A model generated the notes under the pieces. It was given only the letters and a program-made list of their open reading frames with translations, had not been told where the DNA came from and ran no database searches. The position numbers and the translations under genes are program-made. Positions 1-12,390 of a DNA stretch of 64,000 nucleotides are shown piece by piece (position 1 is the first letter of the stretch; the number at the start of each line of letters is the position of its first letter). The DNA comes from Squalus acanthias (lineage: Eukaryota), in NCBI GenBank assembly GCA_030390025.1, contig CM059431.1:97032001-97096000 (forward strand), given 5' to 3'.

Positions 1-2566
1 AACCCAAACACGAAGCATTCTGGAACCCAAACAACAAGCGTTCCAGGACCCAAACACCAAGTGTTCTGGAACCCAAACACCAAGTGTTCCAGGACCCAAA
101 CACCAAGCGTTCCAGGACCCAAACACCAAGCGTTCCAGGAACCAAACCCCAACTGTTCTGGAACCCAAACACCAAGCATTCCAGGACCCAAACACCAAGC
201 ATTCCAGGAACCAAACCCCAACATTTCTGGGACCCAAACTCCAAATGTTCCAGGACCCCAACCCCAAGAGTTTGAGGACCTAAACACCAAGCGTTCCAGG
301 ACCCAAACACCAGGCGTTCTGGAACCCAAACACCAAAAGTTCCAGATTCCAAACACCAAGCATTCTGGAACCCAAACACCAAGCTTTCCGGGACCCAAAC
401 ACCAAGCGTTCCAGGACCCAAACACCAACTGTTCTGGAACCCAAACACCAAGCTTTCCAGGACCCAAACACCAACTGTTCTGGAACCCAAATACCAAGCG
501 ATCCAGGACCCAAACACCAAGCGTTCTGGAACCCAAACACCAAGCGTTCCAGGACCCAAGCACCAAGTGTTCCAGGACCCAAACACCAAGCATTCCAGGA
601 CCCAATCACCAAGCATTCCAGGACGCAAACCCCAAGCGTTCCAGGACCCAAACACCAAGCATTCTAGGACCCAATCACCAAGCAAACTGGGCCCCAAACA
701 CCAAGTGTTCCAAGACCCAAACACCAAGCGTTCCAGAACCCAAACACTAAGTGTTCTGGAACCCAAACACTAAGCGTTATGGTACCCAAACATCAAGCAT
801 TCCAGGACCCAATACCGAAGCATTCCGGAATCCAAATACCAAGCGACCCAGGACCCAAACACCAAGCATTCCAAGACCCAATCACCAAGCATTCTGGAAC
901 CCAAACACCAAGTTTTCTGGGACCCAAACACCAAGCGTTCCAGGACCCAAACACCAAGCAAACTGGGATCCATACCCCAAGCATTCCGGAACCCAAACAC
1001 AAAATGTTCCAGGACCCAAACACCAAGCATTCCAGGACACAAACCCCAATTGTTCTGGAACCGAAACACCTAGCTTTCCAGGACCCAAACACCTAACGTT
1101 CTGGAACACAAACATGAAGCATTCCAGGACCCAAACACCAAGCGTTCTGGAACCCAAACACCAAGCGTTCCAGGACCCAAACACCAAGCATACCGGAACC
1201 CAAACACCAAGCATTCCGGGACCCAAACACCTAACATTCTGGAACCCAAACACGAATCATTCCCGGACCCAAACACCAAGCGTGCTGGAACCCAAACACC
1301 AAGCATTCCAGGACCCAAACACCTAACGTTCTGGAACCCAAACACGAAGCATTCCAGGATCCAAACCCCAAGCGTTCCAGGACTCAACCACCAAGCAAAC
1401 AGGGAGCCAAACACCAAGTGTTCCAGGACGCAAACCCCAAGCGTTCCAGGACCCAAACACCAAGCATTCCAGGACCCAATCACCAAATGTTCCAGGACGC
1501 AAACCCCAAGCGTTCCAGGACCCAAATTCCAAGCATTCTAGGACCCAAACACCACGCAAACTGGGCCCCAAACACCAAGCGTTCCAGGATCCAAACACCA
1601 AGTGTTCCAAGACCCAAACACCAAGCGTTCCAGAACCCAAACACTAAGAATTCTGGAACCCATAACACTAAGTGTTATGGAACCCAAACATCAAGCATTC
1701 CAGGACCCAAACCCCAAGCGTTCCGGAACCCAAATACCAAGCGATCCAGGACCCAAACACTAAGCGTTCTGGAACACAAACACGAAGTGTTATGGAACCC
1801 AAACATCAAGCATTCCGGGACCCAAACCCCAAGCGTTCTGGAACCCAAATACCAAGCGATCCAGGACCCAAACCTTAACCATACTGGGACCCAAACACAA
1901 AGTGTTCTGGGAGCCAAACCCCAAATGTTCCACGACCCAAACAACAAGCGTTCCGGGACTCAAACACCAAGAGTTCCAGGACCCAAACCCAAAATGTGCT
2001 GGAACCCAAACACCAAATGTTCCAGGACCCAAACACCAAGCATTCCAGGATCCAAACACCAAGCATTCCGGAACCCAAACACCAAGCGTTTGAAACCCAA
2101 ACACCATGCGTTCCAGGACCAAAACACCAAGCATTCTGGAACCCAAACACTAAGCATTATGGAACCGAAACAACTTGCATTCAGGAACGCAAACACCAAG
2201 CATTCCAGAACCCAAACTCCAAGCGTTCTGGAACCCAAACTCCAAGCGTTCCAGGACAAAACACCAAGCATTCTGGAACCCAAACACAAAGCATTCCGGA
2301 ACTCAAGCACCAAGCGTTCCAGGACCCAAACACCAAGTGTTCTGGGACCAAAACACGAAGCTAACTGGGCCCCAAACACCAAGCATTCTGGAACCCAAAC
2401 ACCAAGCAAACTGGGCCCCAAACACCAAGCATTCTGGAAACCAAGCACCAAGCAAACTGGAACCCAAACACCAAGCATTCCAGGGCCCAAACACCAAACG
2501 TTCCAGGACCCAAACACCAAGCATTCTGGGACCCAAACACCAACTGTTCTGGGACCCAAACACCAA

Positions 2567-3459
2567 GGGGTAAAAATTCACTTGGTTGCGCCACCCGTTA
2601 GCGCCTTAAGAGGGCGCTAATGGGGCGCAAAGCCGCTAACGCCCGGGCGCAGCGATGTTTGCGCCGCTCGAGAACTTAACTTGAGATTGTGCGGCGGCGC
2701 TAAAACTTACCGCTGCGACCACCTGCGCGCGCAGATTGTGACGTCATTCCATGGTGCAACGCCCTTGGGGTGCCCCGTAGCGGAAATTGAGTGGCGCCCC
2801 CTGCCTTACCGCCTGGCGCTTCCAACGACCAGAAGACTGGAACGCTATCAATCGCTGTGGGGCTGGTGGGGGCGCTATTTAAAGGGGGCCTCTTCCTGTC
2901 TTTTATTGTTGGTGGCATTTTTGAACTACGCATTCTGAGAGAGAGAGGGAGAGACTTCTGGAGAGATTCAACGTTGTGTGAAGGAGTTTTGGGTACTGAG
3001 CAGCACTTTGCAGGTTCATTTTGAATTACCATTCCTTGTATCGATTTAGCAGAGACCGTGGGAGCTGCACTCTGAGCTCTTTGCCTGGTGCTCTCCATTG
3101 TTCTTTCCAGCACATTTGATGTGCAAGTCTCTCCAGGCCGAGATTCAAGGCAGCAATGAACAGGATGTGGATGGAAAGCAAGATTAACCAACCCCTTTAA
3201 GAACTGGCCCGTGCCATTGTGTGTGTGTTCCATTGCTGACTGACATTACATGAGCTTCGCCAGCGCTCCGAGTTAGCCCCTCACTGCTCGGCCTTTGCGC
3301 CTTAAGAGAGGTGTGCAGTGCCTGCTTTAGCGCTCCACTCACCTCCCGGGGCGGTAAAAGTGAAGTTTCCCGTCAGTGCCGATAATTAGCGCCAGGCGCT
3401 AATATTTGCGTCCGGACGATATTTGCGCCCCAAATGGGGTGCGACCTAATTTCTACCCC
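2567..3459 (+). mobile_element. Non-autonomous Harbinger (MITE type I), 893 bp
   Basis: TIRs GGGGTAAAAATT / AATTTCTACCCC; TSD CAA/CAA; both ends match the full-length elements. Confidence 0.95.
2739..2883 (+). promoter_or_regulatory. Putative left-end promoter of the Harbinger family: TGACGTCA (CRE-like, 2739-2746) and TATTTAAA (2876-2883)
   Basis: The same motifs lie upstream of the transposase in full-length copies and are retained in all three MITE types. Confidence 0.55.
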
Positions 3460-6400
3460 CAAGTGTTCTGGGGCCCAAACACCAAACGTTCCAGCACCCA
3501 AGCACCAAGTGTTCCAGGACCCAAACACCAAGCGTACTGGAACCCAAACACCAAGCATTCCGGGACCCAAACACCTAACGTTCTGGAACCCAAACACGAA
3601 GCATTCCCGGACCCAAACACCAAGTGTGCTGGAACCCAAACACCAAGCATTCCAGGACCCAAACACCTAATGTTCTGGAACCCAAACACGAAGCATTCCA
3701 GGATCCAAACCCCAAGCGTTCCAGGACTCAAACACCAAGCAAACAGGGCGCCAAACAGCAAGCAAACAGGGCGCCAAACACCAAGCGTTCCAGGATGCGA
3801 ACCCCAACTGTTCCAGGACCCAAACACCAAGCATTCCAGGACCCAATCACCAAGCATTCCAGGACGCAAACCCCAAGCGTTCCAGGACCCAAATTCCAAG
3901 CATTCTAGGACCCAATCACGAAGCAAACTGGGCCCCAAACATCAAGCATTCTGGGACCCAAACACCAAGCAAACTGGGCCCCAAACACCAAGCGTTTCAG
4001 GATCCAAACACCTAGTGTTCCAAGACTCAAACACCAAGCGTTCCAGAACCCAAACACTAATCATTCTGGAACCCATAACACTAAGCGTTATGGAACCCAA
4101 ACATCAAGCATTCCAGGACCCAAACCCCAAGCGTTCCGGAACCCAAATACCAAGCGATCCAGGACCCAAACACTAAGCGTTATGGAACCCAAACATCAAG
4201 CATTCCGGGACCCAAACCCCAAGCATTCTGGAACCCAAATACCAAGCGATCCAGGACCCAAACCTCAACCATACTGGGACCCAAACACAAAGTGTTCTGG
4301 GAGCCAAACCCCAAATGTTCTGGAACCCAAACACCAAACGTTCCAGGACCCAAACCCAAAATGTTCTGGAACCCAAACACCAAATGTTCCAGGATCCAAA
4401 CACCAAGCATTTGGAACCCAAACACCAAGCGTTTGAAACCCAAACACCAAGCGTTTGAAACCCAAACACCAAGCGTTTGAAACCCAAACACCATGCGTTC
4501 CAGGACCAAAACACCAAGCATTCTGGAACCCAAACACCAAGCATTCTGGAACCCAAACACTAAGCATTATGGAACCCAAACACCAAGCGTTCCGGAACCC
4601 AAACACCAAGCATTCCAGGACAAAACACCAAGCATTCTGGAACCCAAGCACCAAGCGTTCAAGGACCTAAACACCAAGCGTTCTGGGACCAAAACACCAA
4701 GCAAACTGGGCCCCAAACACCAAGCATTCTGGAACCCAAACACCAAGCAAACTGGGCCCCAAACACCAAGCATTCTGGAAACCAAGCACCAAGGCAAACT
4801 GGAACCCAAACACCAAGCATTCCAGGGCCCAAACACCAAAAGTTCCAGGACCCAAACACCAACCGTTCTGGGACCCAAACACCAAGTATTCTGGGGCCCA
4901 AACACCAACGTTCCAGGACCCAAACACCAAACGTTTGAGGACCCAAACCCCAAGCGTTCGAGGAACCAAACATCAACCGTTCTGGGACCCAAACACCAAG
5001 CGTTCCGGAACCCAAACACAAAGTGTTTCAGGACCCAAACACCAGTGTCCGGGACCCAAACACCAAGCATTCCGGAACCCAAACAGCAAGCGTTCTGGGA
5101 CACAAACAGCAAGCGTCCTGGGACCCAAACAGCAAGCGTTCCAGGACCCAAACACCAAGCCTACTGGGCCCCAAACACCAAGCATACTGGAACCCAAACT
5201 GCAAGCGTTCCGGGACCCAAACACCAAGCGTTCCGGGACCCAAACACCAAGCGTTCCAGGACCCAAACACCAAGTAAACTGGGCCCCAAACACCAAGCGT
5301 TCAGGGACCCAAACACCAAGCGTTCTGGAACCCAGCACCAAGAGTTCCAGGACCCAAACACCAAGCAAACTGGGCCCCAAACACCAAGCGTTCAGCGACC
5401 CAAACACCAAGAGTTCCAGGACCCAAACACCAAGTAAACTGGCTCCCAAACACCAAGCGTTCAGCGACCCAAACACCAAGAGTTCCAGGACCCAAACACC
5501 AAGTAAACTGGCTCCCAAACACCAAGTGTTCCGGAAACCAAACCCCAATCTTTCCAGGACCCAAACACCAAGCGTTCCAGGACCCAAACACCAAGCGTTC
5601 TGGAACCCAAACACGAAGCGGTCCAGGACCCAAACACCAAGCGTTCCGGGACCCAAATACCAAGCAAACTGGGCCTCAAACACCAAGCATTCCGGAACAC
5701 AAACACCAAGCATTTCAGGACCCAAACACAAAGCAAACTCGGCCCAAAACACCAAGCGTTTTGGAAACCAAACCCCAATCTTTCCAGGACCCAAACACCA
5801 AGCTTTCCAGGACCCAAACACCAAGCATTCTGGAACCCAAACACAAAGCGGTCCAGGACCCAAACACCAAGCGATCCGGGACCCAAACACCAAGCAAACT
5901 GGACCTCAAACACCAAGCGTTCTGGGACCCAAATACCAAGCAAACTCGGCCCCAAACACCAAGTGTTCCGGGACCCAAACACCAAGCAAACTGGGCCACA
6001 AACACCAAACGTTCCTGGACCCAAACACCAAGCGTTCCGAAACCAAACACCAAGCATTCTGGAAACCAAACACTAAGCTTATGGAACCCAAACACCAAGC
6101 GTTCTGGGACCCAAACACCAAGCGCTCCGGAACCCAAACACCAAGCGTTCTGGAAACCAAACACTAAGCTTATGGAACCCAAACACCAAGCGTTCTGGGA
6201 CCCAAACACCAAGCATACTGGAACCCAAACACCATGTGTTCTGGGACCCAAACACCAAGAGTTCCAGGACCGAAACACCAAGCAAACTGGGACCCAAACC
6301 CCAACTGTTTCAGAACCCAAACACCAGGCGTTCCAGGAACCAACCCCCAACCATTCTGGGACCTAAACACCAAGCGTTCCGGAACCCAAACTCTAAGTGT

Positions 6401-6672
6401 TCCAGGACACAAACCCCAACTATTCTGGAACCCAAACACGAAGTGTTCCAGAACCCAAACACCAAGCATTCCAGGAGCAAAAAACCAAGCGATGCAGGAC
6501 CCAAACAGCAAACGTTCTGGAACCCAAACACCAAGCAATCCAGGACCCAAATATGAAGCATTCCAGTACCCAAACACCAAGCGTTCCAGGATCAAAACAC
6601 AAAGCGTTATGGAACCCAAACACCAAGCATTCTGGAACCCAAACACCAAGCGTTCTGGAACCCAAACACTAA

Positions 6673-7568
6673 GGGGGAAAAATTCAGTCGCGCCCCGTTT
6701 GGGGCGCAAATATCGTCCGGGTGCAAAATTAGCGCCTGGCGCTAATTATCGCCACTGACTGGAAACTTCACTTTTATCGACGCCTGAGGTGATTGGAGCA
6801 CTAAATCAGGCGCTTCACACCTGTCTTAAGGCGCAAAGGCCGAGGAGCGAGGCGCTACCTCAGAGCGCTGGCGAAGCTCATGTAATGTCAGTCAGCAATG
6901 GAACACACACACAATGGCACGGGCCAGTTCTTAAAGGGGATGGTTAATCTTGCTTTCCATCCACATCCTACTCATTGCAGCCTTGAATCTCGGCCTGGAG
7001 AGACCTGCACATCAAATCTGCTGGAAAGAACAATGGAGAGTACGAGGCAAAGAGCTCAGAGTGCAGCCCCCACAGTCTCTCCTAAATCGATACAAGGAAT
7101 GGCAAATCAAAATGAACCTGCAAAGTGCTGCTCAGTACCCAAAACTCCTTCACACAACGTTGAAACTCTCCAGAAGTCTCTCTCTCTCTCTCTCTCTCAG
7201 AATGCGTAGTTCAAAAATGGCACCAACAATAAAGGGCAGGTAGCGGTCACCTTTAAATAGCGCTCCCCCTTTCCCTTCATGACTGCAGAATGCTCCCTTC
7301 AACCTGTCGTTGCTAGCGTCAGGCGGTAAGGCAGGGGGCGCCATGCAATATCCGCTCCGGGGCGATACCGGGGTGTTGTGCACTCGACTGACGTCACGAT
7401 CTGCCGGCGCAGGAGATCGTGGCGGTAGTGTTTAGCGCCGCCGCAAAATGTCTAGTTAATTTCGCGAGTGGCGCAAACTTCGCCGGGCCTGGGCGCTAGC
7501 TGCTTTGTGCCCCATTAGCGCCCTCTTAAGGCGTTAACGGGAGGCGCAACCAACTGAATTTTTCCCCC
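6673..7568 (-). mobile_element. Non-autonomous Harbinger (MITE type II), 896 bp
   Basis: TIRs GGGGGAAAAATT / AATTTTTCCCCC; TSD TAA/TAA; reverse orientation; left subterminal region diverged from type I. Confidence 0.95.
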
Positions 7569-8106
7569 TAAGTGTTATGGAACCCAAACACCAAGGGGTA
7601 AAAATTCACTTGGTTGCGCCTCCCGTTAGCACCTTAAGAGGGCGCTAATGGGGTGTTAAGCCGCTAACGCCCGGGCGCAGCGCTGTTTGCGCCGCTCGAG
7701 AACTTAACTTGAGATTGTGCGGCGGCGCTAAAACTTACCGCTGCGACCACCTGCGCGCGCAGATTGTGACGTCATTCCATGGTGCAACGCCCTTGGGGCG
7801 CCCCGGAGCGGAAATTGAGTGGCGCCCCCTGCCTTACCGCCTGGCGCTTCCAACGACCGGAAGACTGGAACGTTATCAATCGGTGTGGGGCTGGGGGGGG
7901 CGCTATTTAAAGGGGGCCTCTTCCTGTCTTTTTCTGTGGTCGACATTTATGCACCACTCGTTCTGAGAGAGAGAGAGAGATTCGGAGAGAGAGAGAGAGA
8001 GACTTCTACATTGACTCAATGCTTTGTGAGGTAGTTTTGCCGAGTTCATCCTAACTTTGTTGCTACTTTAGTTGCTGTACCTCATTACTTTTCTGGCAAA
8101 GAGAAT

Positions 8107-9269
8107 ATGGGGGCTGCAATGATTGGGGGCGTCGTCCTGCTCCAGCTGAATCGGAGGATAGTGAGACGCAGACAGAGAGTGGCAATGATGGTCAGACGGA
8201 GGAGGGCCATCAGGCGCATGTACAGGAGAGCTTACCCTCCCAGGGTATATCGTGAACAGCTCTCCTACATCCATATGTCCGAGGAGCTGTGTTTGCGAAG
8301 GCTGCGATTCAGCAAGGAGGTGGTCACTGAGCTCTGCCACCTGCTGCAGCCAGATCTGCAGCCTCAGCTGAGGTCCAGGACATCTCTGTCGGTGGCAGTG
8401 AAGGTCACAGTGGCTTTGAACTTCTACGCCACTGGCTCATTCCAAGCTGCTGTTGGGGACCTCGCCAATATCTCCCAGTTTGCGGTGCATTGCTGCATCC
8501 GGCAGGTCACCAATGCCCTCTTCAGAAGGAGACGAGACTTCATCTCTTTCCCTATGACCCCAGACAAGCAGCAGTGACCGTGCTCTGGGCTTTGTGAGGG
8601 TAGCGGGCTTCCCCATGGTGCAGGGCGCCATTGACTGCACGCATGTGGCTTTGCGTGCTCCGCGAGAGAATGCAGAGGAATTCAGGAACAGAAAGGGGTT
8701 CCATTCCTTGAATGTGCAGTTGGTCTGTGACCACAGACAGGTGATACTCGCTGTCAATGCCCACTATCCGGGCAGCTGCCACGATGCTTTCATCCTGCGC
8801 CAGACTACTGTGGCAGAACTTTTCGAGGCACCGCATCAGCCAGTTGGTTGGCTTCTGGGGGACAAGGGGTACGCATTGAGCACCTGGCTGATGACACCGC
8901 TCCGTACGCCAAACACCCCTGCTGAGCTGCGGTACAATGAAAGCCATCAAGCAACCAGGAACATTATTGAGCGCACAATCGGCGTGCTGAAACAACGGTT
9001 CCGCTGTCTGGACCATTCCGGAGGAGCCCTGCAGTACTCGCCTGAGCAAGTTTCGAACTTCGTAGTCGTGTGCTGCATGTTGCACAACATGGCAATCCTC
9101 AGGACCCAGCCAATGCCACCAGGCCTTGTAGCACCACCAGAGGAGGAGGAGGAAGAGGAGGAACAGGACGAGGACGATGATCATCAGCAGCACCAAGGCA
9201 GGAGGGCGGCCCACAATGGTCAAACTGCAAGGGCCTGTCCGTCAACGACTAATAGTAAGCCGCTTCTAG
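8107..9269 (+). pseudogene. Harbinger (HARBI1-like, DDE_Tnp_4) transposase, disrupted
   Basis: GAIDCTH / LLGDKGY / RNIIERTIG motifs. Relative to the intact copy at 34809 there are +1 insertions near 8574 (CAGCAGTGA) and near 9236. Confidence 0.92.
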
Positions 9270-9563
9270 GGCCCCTGCCATTGCTACAAACACTAATCAA
9301 CCCAGCACGCAACCCCTAAGCCGGCCAAGGCACCAATAATTCCAACCACCAGCCATGTATATTTTGAATACAGAAACTTATTTATTTTACAAACTCTGTG
9401 TGTGTCAATTCCTCATGACAAACTCATAGAAATAAACACAAAAAAACAGTCAATAACATAACTGGTTCTCACAACCTGGAGATAATGTCCAAAACACTAA
9501 ACAAAAGTTGGACCATGAACCTCGGCCTTTAATAAAAAAATGACCAGCATTTTGGCACACCTC

Positions 9564-11386
9564 CTACTTTTTGCCCTTCGAGGGTGATCTCCTTCCCTTG
9601 CGCACTTCCCCCCTTCTAACCCTACTGCTCCTCCGTAATGGGACCTCAGTGGCTGCAGCAAGGCTGGTGGAAGGCTGCTGCTTGTGAGACCCTGACACTG
9701 CAGATGCCCCTGAAGGACGGCCTCGACCACTTCTGGGCCTGGAGGGCCCGGCTGCAGACTGCACCAACTCTGCATGGGCGGCAGCAGTCTGTCCTACAGG
9801 CGGTGGCAAGTGCAGTGGAGAAGTGACAGTGTTGGCAGCAGGAATGCTGTCATCGTGAGAGAGGACAGCAACTCCCTGCTCGCCCGACACACTGGCACTC
9901 CCACGGGGCAGCACTTCAGCATCCGGAGCAATTTGCCGGAGAACAGATTGCTGGCCTGCTGCGGCGCGGTGACAGCCCCGGGGACATGTGCACGAACCAT
10001 CGAGGATGGCAGCAGTCAGTGCTCGCGTGGCCTCAATCTGAGTCTGCATGAGAGCAGTCTCAGATGGGTTCCTGGCAGCCAGTGACTGAATTGCAGCACT
10101 AAGCTGTAGTGTGGCATCCGCCTGTGCTACAGCGAAGTGCTCCACACTCCTTGCCAGTGACTCAATGCATTCGGGCACCCTTCCCACTGCACCCATGAGC
10201 TCAGTGTGCATGCCCACTGCCTGGCTGTTCATTTCTGCAATCAGCCGCTCCTCCTCTGCGTCCATTGCAGTAGGAGTGTCTGGCATACTCTCCCTCTGGG
10301 GAGAAGGCTCCCGTTCTTCCCTCCCCCCCCCATGGCGTTGCTGCAGCCCGCTGGGTCCTGGAGCTTCACCATCATCAGCCCCTTCCCCCCTGCTCCCCTC
10401 CGGGGAAGGCGTGTTCCCAGTGTGGGCATGGGCTTCCTCGGGAGAGGGTGGCACTGATGCTCCGGCTTCCTCTTCCTCCTCAGCTGCAGCATCACTCCCA
10501 GTGGCAGCTTCAGGGCCCGTCTCCTCAGCTGGTGAATCACCATCTGAAAGCAGGGAGGTACAAGAGTGGCTTTAGCGTGAGGACAGGGTGGCAGTAAGGG
10601 AGGAATAAGTGCAGCGAGTTAGCAAGTTGGATTGAAAGTGTCAAAGGCTGGTATTGTGAGGGACAAGTGGAAGGACAGAGGACAAAAAGGTGATGACCTT
10701 ACCATTGCTGTCCACAACGGGGTCGGCGTCCCCAGTGGCGACGGGACCGATCACCCGGCTTGCCACAATCCTGTGGACGCGCTCCTCCAGATCGCTGAGG
10801 GGTTGCAGCTGAAGCCGCCCTCCACCCGTCCGTTGCTGCTGTCTCCGATTATGAGCCAGCTTAGCCTGCAAGAAAAAGGACAGCATCTGAGTAAATATAC
10901 AGCCATGGTCTTGCCTGATGTGCCTCCCATAGGTGAATAGCCCTTACAATATGCAGCCATGGTCTTGCCTGATGTGCCTCCCATAGGTGAATAGCCCTTA
11001 CTGTATGCAAAGTGTGGAATGTGTGTGTGTGTTTGATGAAAGGGCCATAGGTGTTGGATGAGTGTTGTGCATTGGGGTTTTAAGACCCTCTGGCCATAGA
11101 GTGAGGTTGAGATGGAGGGATGGAGAGGTATTGAGAAAAAGCCACTCACCCTGACGACCCGAGTGAGGTCGTTGAACTTTTTGTGGCACTGAACATGGGT
11201 CCTGGGCACCATGCTCCTGGAGGAGACGCTCTGAGCCACCTCCCTCCACACTCTTCTGAACTCGCGTGGCAAAGGCCTCCTGCCACTCTCCGGGAACAGC
11301 ATGCATCGTCTGCGCTCCACTGCGTCAACCAGAGCATCCAAGGCCCGCTCGGTGAAGCGATGAGCGCGTTCTCTCACCCTCTCCAT
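9564..11386 (-). CDS. Harbinger Myb/SANT-like DNA-binding protein, 3 exons (11386-11150, 10865-10703, 10543-9564), ~459 aa
   Basis: Exon 1 carries RF..L..LV...W..VA..V......R...QC.KKF.DL (Myb/SANT-like); exon 2 carries RTGGG. GT-AG sites with compatible phases give 1380 nt in frame. Confidence 0.85.
10900..11007. repeat. 54-bp tandem duplication in intron 1 of the Myb-like gene (present in all four full-length copies)
   Basis: CAGCCATGGTCTTGCCTGATGTGCCTCCCATAGGTGAATAGCCCTTAC..TATG occurs twice. Confidence 0.9.
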
Positions 11387-12390
11387 GCTTGGCAGCAAAA
11401 TGAATTACAGGTCTCTCCAGGCTGAGATTCAAGGCTGCAATGAGCAGGGTGTGGCTGGGGAGCAAGTGGCCCCCCCTGCTTTAAGAAGTGTCCGGCGCAA
11501 TTGTGTCTGTGTTCCCTCACTAACTGGCAGCAGCTGCGCTGCGCTCGTGCGCTGAGGTAGCGCCTCACTCCTAGGCCTTTGCGCCTTAAGAGAGGTGTGC
11601 AGCGCCTAATTTAGCGCTCCACTCACCTCCCGGGGCGGTAAAAGTGAAGTTTCCTGTCAGTGCCGATAATTAGCGCCAGACGCTAATATTTGCGCCCGGA
11701 CGATATTTGCACCCCAAATGGGGCGCGACCTAATTTCTACCCCCAAGTGTTCCAGGACCCAAACACCAAGCGTTCTGGAACCCAAACAGCAAACGTTCTG
11801 GGACCCAAACCCCAAGTGTTCTGGACCCAAACACCAAGATTTCCAGGACCCAAACACCAAGCAAACTGGGACCCAAACCCCAAATGTTCTGGAACACAAA
11901 CACCAAACGTTCCGGGACCCAAACACCAAGCATTCCAGTAACCAAACACTAACTGTTCTGGGACCCAAACACCAAGTATTCTGGGAACCCAAACAGCAAG
12001 CGTTTCAGGACCCAAACACCAAGCGTTCCAGGACCCAAACCCCAACTGTTCTGGAACCCAAACACCAACCGTTCTGGAACCCAAACAGCAAGCCTTCCAG
12101 GAGCCAAACACCAAGCCAACTGGGCCCAAAACAGCAAGCGTTCGACGACCCAAACACCAAGCGTTCCGGGAACCAAACACCAAGCGTTCCAGGACCGAAA
12201 CACCAAGCAAACTGGGCCCCAAACACAAAGCGTTCCAGGACCCAAACACCAAGCAAACTGGGCCCCAAACACCAAGCATTCTAGAAATCAAACACCAAGC
12301 GTTCCAGGACCCAAACCCCAACCGTTCCGGAACCCAAACCCCAACTGTTCTGGAACCCAAACACCAAGCGTTCCAGGACCCAAACACCAG

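Larger units (their letters stand above)
7595..11743 (+). mobile_element. Full-length Harbinger transposon, subfamily A, 4149 bp (transposase frameshifted)
   Basis: 12-bp imperfect TIRs; TSD CAA/CAA; convergent DDE transposase and Myb-like genes. Confidence 0.96.

Noticed and set aside
1..2566. CRISPR-like constant core with variable interval
   Set aside because: The variable parts are short, mutually related variants and not unique spacers; there are no cas genes and the context is eukaryotic.
2700..3233. Recurrent MEHTHNGTGQ... ORF in MITEs
   Set aside because: It has no recognisable domain and variable length and stops between copies; recurrence is explained by copy identity.
8026..8106. 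Possible short intron in the transposase 5' UTR (GAG|GTAGTT ... CAAAG|)
   Set aside because: The signals are weak and cannot be supported without transcripts.
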